A stretch of 36,640 bases of DNA, from IMG/VR virus record IMGVR_UViG_3300033552_000033, positions 1-36,640 of that record; one strand, given 5' to 3'. Position numbers and translations under genes: made by a program. A model generated the notes under the pieces. It ran no database searches. It was not told the origin of the DNA and was given only the letters and a program-made list of their open reading frames with translations. Source of the stretch: a virus. Positions 14,137 to 22,359 of the stretch are shown in pieces (position 1 is the first letter of the stretch; each line of letters starts with the position of its first letter).

Positions 14137-14271
14137 ATGAAATACACCGAAGAACAAAAGAAGCAGTTAAAGAGAAAAAATATACCATACTTACCAAGAC
14201 ATAACAGGTCAATTCCTAGTGTAATAATTAAAGACGGTTTTTATATTATTGAATCTAAAATGAACCGATGA
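14137..14271 (+). CDS. Hypothetical 44-aa protein (tentative)
   Basis: Hand translation gives MKYTEEQKKQLKRKNIPYLP... ATGA overlap with the next ORF. Confidence 0.3.
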   Translation: MKYTEEQKKQLKRKNIPYLPRHNRSIPSVIIKDGFYIIESKMNR

Positions 14272-14555
14272 TTGAAAGAATACGCAAACAGATGATTAAA
14301 AACCCGTCATCTAAATTATGGGATAAAGATTTTAAACGATGGAATGATAAAGATAAAGCAGACTTTGAAAAACTTGAAAACGGTGTTATTATTAAGAAAA
14401 TAGAACGTAGAATAAATGTAAATGCTATAAAAGTTTTAAGAGTTTCAGACGGCAAAATATACCACAGTATAACCGAGTGTGCAATGCAAAACGATTTCCA
14501 TAAAATAGAAATGCAAAAACAACTAAACGAAAATATAAACTTTAAAAGACTATAA
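14268..14555 (+). CDS. Hypothetical protein; C-terminal part resembles NUMOD/IENR-type DNA-binding modules
   Basis: VLRVSDGKIYHSITECAMQNDFHKIEMQKQL; by-eye resemblance only. Confidence 0.4.
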   Translation: MIERIRKQMIKNPSSKLWDKDFKRWNDKDKADFEKLENGVIIKKIERRINVNAIKVLRVSDGKIYHSITECAMQNDFHKIEMQKQLNENINFKRL

Positions 14556-14807
14556 ATGAACCCAAAGAAAAAACATACGTTAATGCATAAACTATATTGT
14601 TTGTCAAGTTTACTGCTCGAAAACCTTGACGAACTAAAACCAACAACTCCGACCGCAATTAAATTTAAAGACGATTTAACGGGGTTTTGTGAAGAATTAA
14701 ACAACCAAGTAGCAGACACAGCAACGATTCAAAAAAGTACTTATTTCAGTACTATAAGCAATAAAATAGACACGATACTAAGAAAAGAATTTAACGAAAA
14801 TATGTAA
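14556..14807 (+). CDS. Hypothetical protein
   Basis: 83-aa ORF. Confidence 0.5.
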   Translation: MNPKKKHTLMHKLYCLSSLLLENLDELKPTTPTAIKFKDDLTGFCEELNNQVADTATIQKSTYFSTISNKIDTILRKEFNENM

Positions 14808-14815
14808 AAATAAAC

Positions 14816-14856
14816 TACGTTATCAACGTAACTTTAATTTATTTAAACTATATTTG
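14816..14856 (+). promoter_or_regulatory. Predicted promoter with palindromic ACGT-box (site c)
   Basis: TACGTTATCAACGTAAC (14816-14832), a 16-nt spacer, then TATATTTG (14849-14856). Confidence 0.5.
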
Positions 14857-14869
14857 TACTTGTAATGAA

Positions 14870-14954
14870 GTGAGAAGCATTGCAAATTTAAAAAGACATT
14901 ATAAGAAATCCATTAGGAAAGCCCTTCTCACAATTCGGCTGACTTAATGGATTT
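14870..14954 (+). promoter_or_regulatory. Structured 5' leader (pseudoknot-capable) of the replication operon
   Basis: GTGAGAAG (14870-14877) pairs with CTTCTCAC (14924-14931). Loop AAATCCATTAGG (14906-14917) pairs with CTTAATGGATTT (14943-14954), 12 bp with one G-U. Confidence 0.5.
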
Positions 14955-15001
14955 TAACTTTTTAACCTACAGTTTATTGGAACTTAAAACCATTACTTAT
15001 T

Positions 15002-15229
15002 ATGGCAAAATTTGAATTAAAATTTATTGATTTATTTAAAGAAAAAGATTTTATTAAATGTGAATCTTATAATCAATTTGATGTAGAAGATAAGGTTATT
15101 AAAATTGAAGGATATGTAGATTCCCAATATTTTCATATTTTTTTAGATAAATCAACAGCGATAAAATTCGCCAAAACACTTCGTACTGAAATTAATAAAA
15201 TAACAGAAAGCGAGGGTTTAGATGGCTAA
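15002..15229 (+). CDS. Hypothetical protein
   Basis: 75-aa ORF. Confidence 0.5.
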   Translation: MAKFELKFIDLFKEKDFIKCESYNQFDVEDKVIKIEGYVDSQYFHIFLDKSTAIKFAKTLRTEINKITESEGLDG

Positions 15230-15965
15230 GGATAAGAAATCATTTTTAGTTTATTGTGACCTAATTCATACCGTTAGAAAAATGCGTAAAGAAGATGCTG
15301 GGGAATTGTTCCTGCATCTTCTTGAATACACTAACGACCTAGAGCCAGAGACCGAAAATGCTATAGTTGATATTGTTTTTGAGCCTATTAAACAGCAGTT
15401 AAAAAGGGATTTAGTGGCGTATGGTAAAAGCATTGAAGATAGTAGTATTAACGGGCGTGTAGGTAATTTAAAGAGGTGGAATACTGATCTATTTACGCAA
15501 TATAAAAACAAAGAAATAACTCTAGAGCAAGCGGAAAGTATCGCCACCCATCGCAAGGCATCGCCACCCGATGAAAATGATCGCCCCCTGTCGCTAACCA
15601 TCGCCAACATCGCTGTAACAGATACAGTAACAGTTACAGATAAAGATATAGTAATACCTAAAGTATCTTCTACACCTACGGTGAATTGGGATATGCTTTT
15701 ACAGCAATTCAATAACATAACAAACAAACAGGCTAGAGTTGTTGATGATAAATCTAAAAAACAATTTTTAGCAAGGTTAAAAGAAGGATACACCAAGATC
15801 GATATTATAAATGCAATTACCAACTGTTACAATTCAGAATTTCACAAAGGGAACGGACATAAAAACTTAACCTTAGAATTTATTAGCCGTCCAGATAAGT
15901 TCGCAATGTATTTCGATTTTAAAGAAACAATAGTTAAACCACAAATTAAACAAGATAGATTATAA
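15222..15965 (+). CDS. Putative replication initiator (two domains joined by an iteron-encoding linker)
   Basis: The N-terminus KKSFLVYCDLIHTVRKMRKEDAGELFLHLLEYTND resembles Bacteroidota phage replication-protein N-domains. Internal iterons sit at 15540-15609, and an AAA ATPase lies downstream. Confidence 0.5.
   Translation: MAKDKKSFLVYCDLIHTVRKMRKEDAGELFLHLLEYTNDLEPETENAIVDIVFEPIKQQLKRDLVAYGKSIEDSSINGRVGNLKRWNTDLFTQYKNKEITLEQAESIATHRKASPPDENDRPLSLTIANIAVTDTVTVTDKDIVIPKVSSTPTVNWDMLLQQFNNITNKQARVVDDKSKKQFLARLKEGYTKIDIINAITNCYNSEFHKGNGHKNLTLEFISRPDKFAMYFDFKETIVKPQIKQDRL
15540..15645. repeat. Candidate origin of replication: four 20-nt-phased iterons plus an ACAG short-repeat tract
   Basis: ATCGCCACCC (15540), ATCGCCACCC (15560), ATCGCCCCCT (15580) and ATCGCCAACA (15600), then GTAACAG-ATACAG-TAACAG-TTACAG (15614-15638). 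Confidence 0.6.
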
Positions 15966-15982
15966 ACTTAAAAACTAAAAAT

Positions 15983-16192
15983 ATGAAAACTGAATTAAAA
16001 AATTATACATCTACAGAAATACACAGAGAATTTTTAGATTTATCATTAGAAAAAAGAAATAAAATACTTTACGATGCGATAGACTATATGCAAAGTTATA
16101 ACGGTAGAAGTAGATTTTTATGTATAGCAATGGCTATGGGTTATGAAAATTATGAAGGGGATAGTATTAGTTATTTTAAAAATGAAAAATAA
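15983..16192 (+). CDS. Hypothetical protein
   Basis: 69-aa ORF. Confidence 0.5.
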   Translation: MKTELKNYTSTEIHREFLDLSLEKRNKILYDAIDYMQSYNGRSRFLCIAMAMGYENYEGDSISYFKNEK

Positions 16193-16711
16193 ATGAGCTG
16201 GACTAACCAAAATGCAATAAACAGAGTCTTTAACGTTTATAAGCGATTTAAAGAACAAAAAGGTAAGCTTTGGGATAATGACATCGAAGCGTTAAAAACT
16301 ATCAACACAGCCCTTGAAAACAGCTCAAAAGAACATGTTAACGATAATTTACTCTACGCTAAAGTTCTTGCAATATGTTTAGTGAATGAATTGCGCTACA
16401 CAAGGGATATAAAAGATGCAATGAGATGCGTTAGTTCTGATATAAGAAAACCTTTAAATTATCACTTGGATTTCTTAAGAATGCACCTAAACGAAATTGA
16501 TTTAGAAGCACATTTTAGATATTTAGGAATGTTAGATTTTGATTTCTGGGATGTGACACAAGAAACTAAAGACAAAAAGGCTAAAATAATTCAAGGGATT
16601 GAACCTGAAATGATTGATAAAATAAAACATAGCTGGACTTTGGAAAATGTGAAAAAATCATTTTATAAAACAGCAAACGAGTTTTTACAAGATGTGGGTA
16701 ATTATAAATAA
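16193..16711 (+). CDS. Hypothetical protein
   Basis: 172-aa ORF. Confidence 0.5.
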   Translation: MSWTNQNAINRVFNVYKRFKEQKGKLWDNDIEALKTINTALENSSKEHVNDNLLYAKVLAICLVNELRYTRDIKDAMRCVSSDIRKPLNYHLDFLRMHLNEIDLEAHFRYLGMLDFDFWDVTQETKDKKAKIIQGIEPEMIDKIKHSWTLENVKKSFYKTANEFLQDVGNYK

Positions 16712-16717
16712 TTGAGT

Positions 16718-17593
16718 ATGAACTTTGACGAATTAATCACAACAGGAACGCCTGAAATTATACCGAATGATTTTGCAAAAATGTTCAAGGATGCGTATAT
16801 CAATCCTAGTGAGAAGATAAAACCGCAACCACTGGCAATATCAATGGGCGTTAAACTTTATAAAAGCGAATATTACCCTGTGCCTTTAGGATCTTACGGA
16901 GATTTCAGTTGTTTGGTTGGAGCTTCCAAAAGCGGTAAGACTTTCTTAAAATCAGGCATTGAGGCAATCTATCTAGGAGGGAACGCAAACAAATACTTTC
17001 CTACTATGAAAGCGCACAACAATATGGATAAAGTAGTAGTAGCATTTGATACCGAACAAAGCCGATTTCATACCCAAAGAGTGGTTAAAAGAGTCATTGA
17101 AATGGTAGGTAATGATGACGGTAGATACAACGCTTTTTCTTTAAGGGGCTATTCCGCAAAAGAACGGTTTCAATTTATCGATTGGGTAGTGTATGAGAGT
17201 GATTTTAAAGGACAAATAGGTTTAATGTCTATTGATGGATTTGTTGATTTATTAGATGATTTTAACAACCTAGAAGAAAGCACCGCATTAACGCAAAAAT
17301 TATTAGAATGGACAGCCAACGGGAATATGCATTGTACGGGAATATTACATAAGAATTTCGGAACTGAAAAACCAGTTGGACATATTGGTTCATCGGTATT
17401 GAAGAAGGCGGAAACGGGAATCTTTATTGATGAAGATGGGAAAAACAAGAAAGTAGAATGTAGGTACTCTAGAAACGTAGCATTTGAAACCTTCAACTAT
17501 ACCATCAACGACGACAACTGGCTACCGTACGAAATTGATTCTAGCGTAGGAGATAAACTACCTAGAAACAAAGAAACAACAGCAAAATTTTAA
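16718..17593 (+). CDS. RecA-fold AAA ATPase (RepA/DnaB-C-terminal-like, AAA_25 type); putative replicative helicase or loader
   Basis: Walker A GASKSGKT and Walker B-like LMSIDGFVDLLD. Start set to ATG 16718 (the track uses TTG 16712). Confidence 0.7.
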   Translation: MNFDELITTGTPEIIPNDFAKMFKDAYINPSEKIKPQPLAISMGVKLYKSEYYPVPLGSYGDFSCLVGASKSGKTFLKSGIEAIYLGGNANKYFPTMKAHNNMDKVVVAFDTEQSRFHTQRVVKRVIEMVGNDDGRYNAFSLRGYSAKERFQFIDWVVYESDFKGQIGLMSIDGFVDLLDDFNNLEESTALTQKLLEWTANGNMHCTGILHKNFGTEKPVGHIGSSVLKKAETGIFIDEDGKNKKVECRYSRNVAFETFNYTINDDNWLPYEIDSSVGDKLPRNKETTAKF

Positions 17594-17603
17594 TAAAAAC
17601 ACA

Positions 17604-17756
17604 ATGGGAAAATTAATAGATGAATTAGAGCAATTATGTAATGAATATATATCAAAAATGAATGAGATTGATTTTAAAAAATCAGACCATAGTTATTACA
17701 GAGGAAAAGTAGACGGAATTTTTGAAGCACTTAAATTAATTGATAAATACAGATAA
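17604..17756 (+). CDS. Hypothetical 50-aa protein (tentative)
   Basis: Hand translation gives MGKLIDELEQLCNEYISKMNE... Confidence 0.35.
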   Translation: MGKLIDELEQLCNEYISKMNEIDFKKSDHSYYRGKVDGIFEALKLIDKYR

Positions 17757-17762
17757 AATATT

Positions 17763-18146
17763 ATGAAGAATTTAATATCAATGACAGATTTTGTTTTAGA
17801 GCAAAGGAAAATACACCAAGGAGATTTTGAGGATTTATCAGATTTATATTTTAGATACGCCAACTTCCTAAAAGAACCTTTAGAATTAGGAATGTTTGTT
17901 CCATGTGATGAAGAGGGGAATGTTTTAAATGAATTTGACTATTTAGTTGATATTGATAAGCATACTGAATGGTTTGAAGCAAAAGAACGGGTTTTGTTTG
18001 GTGGGTTTCGTTATAATTCACCAGGATATGTTACGGATGGAATATTTAAATTTAATGAGGAATATCTTAATGGTAAAACAATCGAAGATTTAGTAAAATA
18101 CAATTTACAACTAACCCCAACAGCATTAAAACAATTAGGACTATGA
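17763..18146 (+). CDS. Hypothetical protein
   Basis: 127-aa ORF. Confidence 0.5.
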   Translation: MKNLISMTDFVLEQRKIHQGDFEDLSDLYFRYANFLKEPLELGMFVPCDEEGNVLNEFDYLVDIDKHTEWFEAKERVLFGGFRYNSPGYVTDGIFKFNEEYLNGKTIEDLVKYNLQLTPTALKQLGL

Positions 18147-18271
18147 AAAAAAAGCAATCGCCACTTACCAGAATAAACAGGATTATGGAGTTTTTAAGGA
18201 AACGAGGGAATAACAAAGAATCGGTTAACGAAGTTTATAGAAACGTTTTAAAAGCAAGAAATGAATCATAA
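18143..18271 (+). CDS. Hypothetical 42-aa basic protein (tentative)
   Basis: Hand translation gives MKKKQSPLTRINRIMEFLRKRGNN... ATGA overlap upstream. Confidence 0.3.
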   Translation: MKKKQSPLTRINRIMEFLRKRGNNKESVNEVYRNVLKARNES

Positions 18272-18587
18272 AATCAGTCTAAAACCATTAAGCGTAAACG
18301 AGGCGTTTAAAGGACGTAGATTTAAAACAGATAAGTATGATCTATTTATTCGTAATTGTTTGTTATTGCTACCGAAAACAATATCTATTCCAAACGAAAC
18401 GAGTATTAAATTAGCTATTGAGTTTGGTTTTAGTTCCAAAGCAAGTGATATTGATAATTGTTGCAAGTCTTTTATAGATTGTTTGGTTAAAAAATATAAA
18501 GTTGATGATAGATTTATATACGAATTACATGTATTTAAGTCTATTGTAAAGAAAGGTGAGGAATATATTAATTTTAAAATTTATTAA
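18261..18587 (+). CDS. rusA: RusA-like Holliday junction resolvase
   Basis: PLSVNEAFKGRRFKT ... DIDNCCKSFIDCLVKKYKVDDRFIYELHVFK matches the RusA acidic D-x-D-N ... DD pattern. Confidence 0.65.
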   Translation: MNHKISLKPLSVNEAFKGRRFKTDKYDLFIRNCLLLLPKTISIPNETSIKLAIEFGFSSKASDIDNCCKSFIDCLVKKYKVDDRFIYELHVFKSIVKKGEEYINFKIY

Positions 18588-18589
18588 AA

Positions 18590-18622
18590 GTTACTATATT
18601 AACGTAAGTTTTTGTATCTTTG
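18590..18622 (+). promoter_or_regulatory. Predicted late promoter with ACGT-box (site d)
   Basis: GTTACTATATTAACGTAAG (18590-18608) and TATCTTTG (18615-18622). A 20-nt block is identical to site f. Confidence 0.55.
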
Positions 18623-18648
18623 GGTAGCTAAAGTAGCCCTAAGTAGGT

Positions 18649-18912
18649 ATGTCAGAAGAAAAAGAAAGATACGGAAGAAAAAAAGGTACGCCTAATAAGA
18701 CCACAGCTCAAACTAGAGAGCTGTTCCAGTCTATTGTTGACAGCAATATAGAACAAATCAAATTAGATTTAATAGAATTAAAGCCAGTCGAGAGAGTGAA
18801 AGCTATTATCGAACTGGCTAAATTTTGTGTACCTACTTTGAAAGCAATAGATTATACCGACAATACACCAGTAGAAAAAAATCCTGTTAAAATTATATTT
18901 GTTAAGAAATGA
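18649..18912 (+). CDS. terS: Putative terminase small subunit
   Basis: 87 aa with a basic N-terminus (GRKKGTPNKTTAQTRE). It overlaps the large terminase start by 4 nt. Confidence 0.5.
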   Translation: MSEEKERYGRKKGTPNKTTAQTRELFQSIVDSNIEQIKLDLIELKPVERVKAIIELAKFCVPTLKAIDYTDNTPVEKNPVKIIFVKK

Positions 18913-20183
18913 TAGGGGAAATATATTTCTCAGATAAATACACTTCGTTATTTGAATTATTGGAAAATGAATATCCCGAAGTTGATACTGTTTTAGTATC
19001 AGGCGGTAGGGATTCAGGAAAGACTTTTGGAATAGGTTGTTTCGTAGGCACAGCAGCAGAGCAATACAATCACAGAGTTTTATACACTAGACAAACAATG
19101 TCAAGCACAAACAACTCTATTACCAGAGCATTAGATAATAGGCTGGAGTTATTAGATATTGCGGACTGTTTTACTTTTGCTAATAACGATTATCTATCAA
19201 AGAATGGTAAGGGGTTAATATCTATAACAGGACAAAAGACAAGCAGCGGAACACAAACGGCAAAGTTAAAATCATTAGAAAACTATTCTATATTCATAAC
19301 AGATGAGGGGGAGGAATTAGAAAACTACGAAGATTGGGAAAAGATTAAACGATCTATGAGAGCAAATGATGTGCAATGTTTGTCAATCATATCTTTTAAC
19401 CCGCCAACTAAAGCACACTGGATTTACCCGCAATGGTATTTAAATATACCAGAGGGATTTAATGGAGTGATTGGAAATATAATGTACATACATACTACTT
19501 ATTTAGACAATGGTAAAGAGAATATGGCTTTGCATAACTGGAATGAATACGAAAGATTAAGAGGTGTTTATGAATATTATTTATCTGTTTCTACCGATGA
19601 AAGAATTAGTTTACCAAAGAAAACAATAAGAGAATATAAGAATTATAAAAATACTATTTTAGGAGGGTTTAGAGATACAGCGGAGGGCGTAATTTTTGAT
19701 TACACAATTGGCGATTATGTAAATGGAGATTATGATATTTATGCAATGGATCAGGGGTTTAACGATCCTACTACATTAATTAAAATAAATGTAGATAAGA
19801 ACCAAAAGAAAATATATTTAAAGCAGTGTTATTATGCGGTTGGTAAAACTGAAACTGATATTTATAATTCAATAAAAGACGAGGTTAGACAAGTTCGTAT
19901 ATGGTGTGATAGTGCCGTACCAATGTTTATAGAGGGATTGAGAAGAAAAGGATTAAATATTAAACCATGTATAAAACCAAAGATAGTAGATAGTATTTAT
20001 GCCTTGTTAGATTGGGAGTTGATAGTGGATCCAGATTCTAAAGAAATGATTGTAGAGTTTGATAATTATAAATGGAGCGATAAGAAACAAGATGAGCCGA
20101 TAGACGCATTTAATCACTGTATTGATCCTGTTCGTTACGGATTCACACACAAGATGAGCGAAAGAATTTCACAAGTATTATAG
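18909..20183 (+). CDS. terL: Terminase large subunit (PBSX/Terminase_3-like)
   Basis: Walker A VSGGRDSGKT and Walker B IFITDEGEE. The C-terminal nuclease region has conserved acidic residues (WCDSA, DAFNH). Confidence 0.85.
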   Translation: MIGEIYFSDKYTSLFELLENEYPEVDTVLVSGGRDSGKTFGIGCFVGTAAEQYNHRVLYTRQTMSSTNNSITRALDNRLELLDIADCFTFANNDYLSKNGKGLISITGQKTSSGTQTAKLKSLENYSIFITDEGEELENYEDWEKIKRSMRANDVQCLSIISFNPPTKAHWIYPQWYLNIPEGFNGVIGNIMYIHTTYLDNGKENMALHNWNEYERLRGVYEYYLSVSTDERISLPKKTIREYKNYKNTILGGFRDTAEGVIFDYTIGDYVNGDYDIYAMDQGFNDPTTLIKINVDKNQKKIYLKQCYYAVGKTETDIYNSIKDEVRQVRIWCDSAVPMFIEGLRRKGLNIKPCIKPKIVDSIYALLDWELIVDPDSKEMIVEFDNYKWSDKKQDEPIDAFNHCIDPVRYGFTHKMSERISQVL

Positions 20184-20185
20184 AT

Positions 20186-20389
20186 ATGAAAAAGAAAATT
20201 GAAATGAAAGATTTAGGCAAAGCGCACACGAAAGAGTTTTTAAAGAACTATCATCCGTTTTTAAGAAATGAGTTTCGTGTTGTTTTGAAAGCTGAACTAA
20301 AAAGCGATAAAGTTTTAAAAGAATTGTTTGGCGAAAAGGAAACCGAGTTATACAAATTAGAAGCTGTCTATGCGTACCAAAATTTATAA
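20186..20389 (+). CDS. Hypothetical protein
   Basis: 67-aa ORF. Confidence 0.5.
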   Translation: MKKKIEMKDLGKAHTKEFLKNYHPFLRNEFRVVLKAELKSDKVLKELFGEKETELYKLEAVYAYQNL

Positions 20390-20996
20390 AGACAAAGGTG
20401 ATATTTCTTATCTGACTTTCAAAAACTTTTCAGAAGTAATTGAAGTTAATGATTCTGATAGTTTCGTTACCAGACAAACAATAGAGTATTTTAACCCATC
20501 TAGTTTAGAAAGTTTTGCATTAGCGTTACAAACAGAGCCAAAAACTATTTCGATGCCTTACGAGATAGATTTAGAGTTTGAAACAGCGGGTAAGTTTATA
20601 GATTGTGATACATTTTTAAAAGATGAAATGGTAATGGATTTCTTAGAATTGATAATCAAACCTAAATACTTCTGGCAAACTGTAAAGCTTGAAACGTTAA
20701 GTATATCACAAGTTAATTATATTGTCAGTTTGTTTAACGAAAAGGTTACACCGATCAAAGAAGCGCACGAATGGATCTATAACCCGCCAATATTTGGAGG
20801 CGTAAGTGAAATAACAGACGGCACGGAAGAAAGACAAGAGTTTGCAAACCATTATGGTGGGTATATTGAAATGACTTATTTAATTGCGGGTGGTGATGTA
20901 TCAAAGTTTGAAACAATTACTAACTGGAGTTTAGATAAGTATTTATTTTTAGGTGAGTATTGTTTAAGAAAAAGAACCGTAGAAAATTTAAAATAA
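20370..20996 (+). CDS. Hypothetical protein
   Basis: 208-aa ORF overlapping the upstream gene by 20 nt. Confidence 0.5.
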   Translation: MRTKIYKDKGDISYLTFKNFSEVIEVNDSDSFVTRQTIEYFNPSSLESFALALQTEPKTISMPYEIDLEFETAGKFIDCDTFLKDEMVMDFLELIIKPKYFWQTVKLETLSISQVNYIVSLFNEKVTPIKEAHEWIYNPPIFGGVSEITDGTEERQEFANHYGGYIEMTYLIAGGDVSKFETITNWSLDKYLFLGEYCLRKRTVENLK

Positions 20997-20998
20997 TT

Positions 20999-21100
20999 AT
21001 GGAGAATTTAATAGTAGATTTAATGTGTATTTCATTAGCATTTAATATCATGTGGTTAATGGATTATATTTTCGATAAGGCAAATAAAAATTTAAAATAA
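20999..21100 (+). CDS. 33-aa single-TM micro-protein (tentative)
   Basis: MENLIVDLMCISLAFNIMWLMDYIFDKANKNLK. Confidence 0.3.
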   Translation: MENLIVDLMCISLAFNIMWLMDYIFDKANKNLK

Positions 21101-21106
21101 AAAATT

Positions 21107-21181
21107 ATGAAAAAAGCAGGATTAATAATTTCGTTTATATCAACTGTGTTTTGCTGGTATTGTGTTTATTTAGCTTGGTAA
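21107..21181 (+). CDS. 24-aa single-TM micro-protein (tentative)
   Basis: MKKAGLIISFISTVFCWYCVYLAW. Confidence 0.3.
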   Translation: MKKAGLIISFISTVFCWYCVYLAW

Positions 21182-21185
21182 TATT

Positions 21186-21638
21186 ATGAACGAAATACAA
21201 ATAGTTTACGATTGGTTAATAAACCATTTTACAAGTAGTGATTTAGTTCATACCGTTTCAATCCTGCCAACAATTGAATTAGATCAGAACAAAGAAAATA
21301 TTTATCCCTTGGTAAATATAGACTTTATAAACAAGGAAACAGAAGAGCAAGCAATTGTAACCACGTTTAAAATAACAGTAATTCAGCAACGAGATACGCA
21401 ACCGATTAAAACAAATAGCAAGCTATTAACTGAGACTAATTATTTAGATAACGTAAATGAAACAGCCAACATCTGCACCCGTTTTTATAATATTCTTACT
21501 GGGCAAAACAATATTTATAATATTGAATTAGTAGACATGACAAAAGAAAAGCCATTGCGTAATTGGGGGTTCAATACTTGTGATGGATTTCAATTCGAGG
21601 TTACTTTGTCAATTCCTAATATGGGTAAATCGTGCTAA
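21186..21638 (+). CDS. Putative virion morphogenesis protein
   Basis: 150-aa ORF in the structural block. No motif recognised. Confidence 0.4.
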   Translation: MNEIQIVYDWLINHFTSSDLVHTVSILPTIELDQNKENIYPLVNIDFINKETEEQAIVTTFKITVIQQRDTQPIKTNSKLLTETNYLDNVNETANICTRFYNILTGQNNIYNIELVDMTKEKPLRNWGFNTCDGFQFEVTLSIPNMGKSC

Positions 21639-22015
21639 CTGAAACCGAAATAAGAGCGATAGCGCAAAAGGTAATAGATCAGTCCAAAAGCTCAGCGAGA
21701 GTTGACACAGGGGCATTAAAGCGTTCTATGGCTTTTACTTATATTCGTGGAGTTGTAACGTTTAGACAATTTATTTACGGTCAGTTCGGCAGCAATTCAA
21801 AGTTAGAAAAGAACGCAATACGATTAATGCCAAACGGTACAAAATGGAGAATAGTTTACACGCAGTTTGGAGGCAAAGAAGTTGATAGCACACCAATAAG
21901 AAACGGTAGAGCATCGCAAGGCAGTGTATTTGGAGACTTGTTTAAAACAACGACATCAAAGATTAGAGCATTGATAGCACGTAAAAAAGCAAGGGATGGC
22001 GAAAAGGAGGACTAG
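21632..22015 (+). CDS. HK97 gp10-like head-tail joining / tail completion protein (tentative)
   Basis: The VDTGALKRS motif is characteristic of the gp10 family. GTG start. Confidence 0.45.
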   Translation: MLTETEIRAIAQKVIDQSKSSARVDTGALKRSMAFTYIRGVVTFRQFIYGQFGSNSKLEKNAIRLMPNGTKWRIVYTQFGGKEVDSTPIRNGRASQGSVFGDLFKTTTSKIRALIARKKARDGEKED

Positions 22016-22322
22016 AGAGCAAATAGATGCTGATAAGATAATTAAACAGCACCTTAACGAGTTGGGAGAGTTGGTTTATCAGCAAGCAACCGAAACTAGC
22101 AGACGAGACACAGGACGTTTGCAGGACGAACAAAATTACAAGGTGCAACCTGATACGGTATTAACCTTTGGACAAATGGTTTACGGACAATACAATTATC
22201 CTAAAGGAGTGACAAGCGGAGAAAAGAACGCATTATTAATAGCGATTAACGATCACTTAGAAGATGCCACCGCAATTATAATCGAATCCATAACCGATGC
22301 GATAATACAGGATTACAAATAA
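21996..22322 (+). CDS. Second gp10-like protein (tentative paralogue)
   Basis: RRDTGRLQDE motif, size similar to the previous gene, and a 20-nt overlap with it. Confidence 0.35.
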   Translation: MAKRRTREQIDADKIIKQHLNELGELVYQQATETSRRDTGRLQDEQNYKVQPDTVLTFGQMVYGQYNYPKGVTSGEKNALLIAINDHLEDATAIIIESITDAIIQDYK

Positions 22323-22359
22323 CAAAACGTGTGAAGATGCACGTTACAAATAATAACAA

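Noticed and set aside
12714-15823. Other minus-strand ORFs from the track (12714..13037, 13192..13434, 13734..14147, 14027..14212, 14255..14719, 15266..15823)
   Set aside because: All lie antisense within or across + strand genes. Their products are hydrophobic or low-complexity, as expected from AT-rich antisense frames, and they have no upstream signals. The same reasoning applies to 1615..1947, 5878..6090, 10845..11110, 17170..17496, 24356..24655, 26592..26807, 33662..33958 and 35894..36184.
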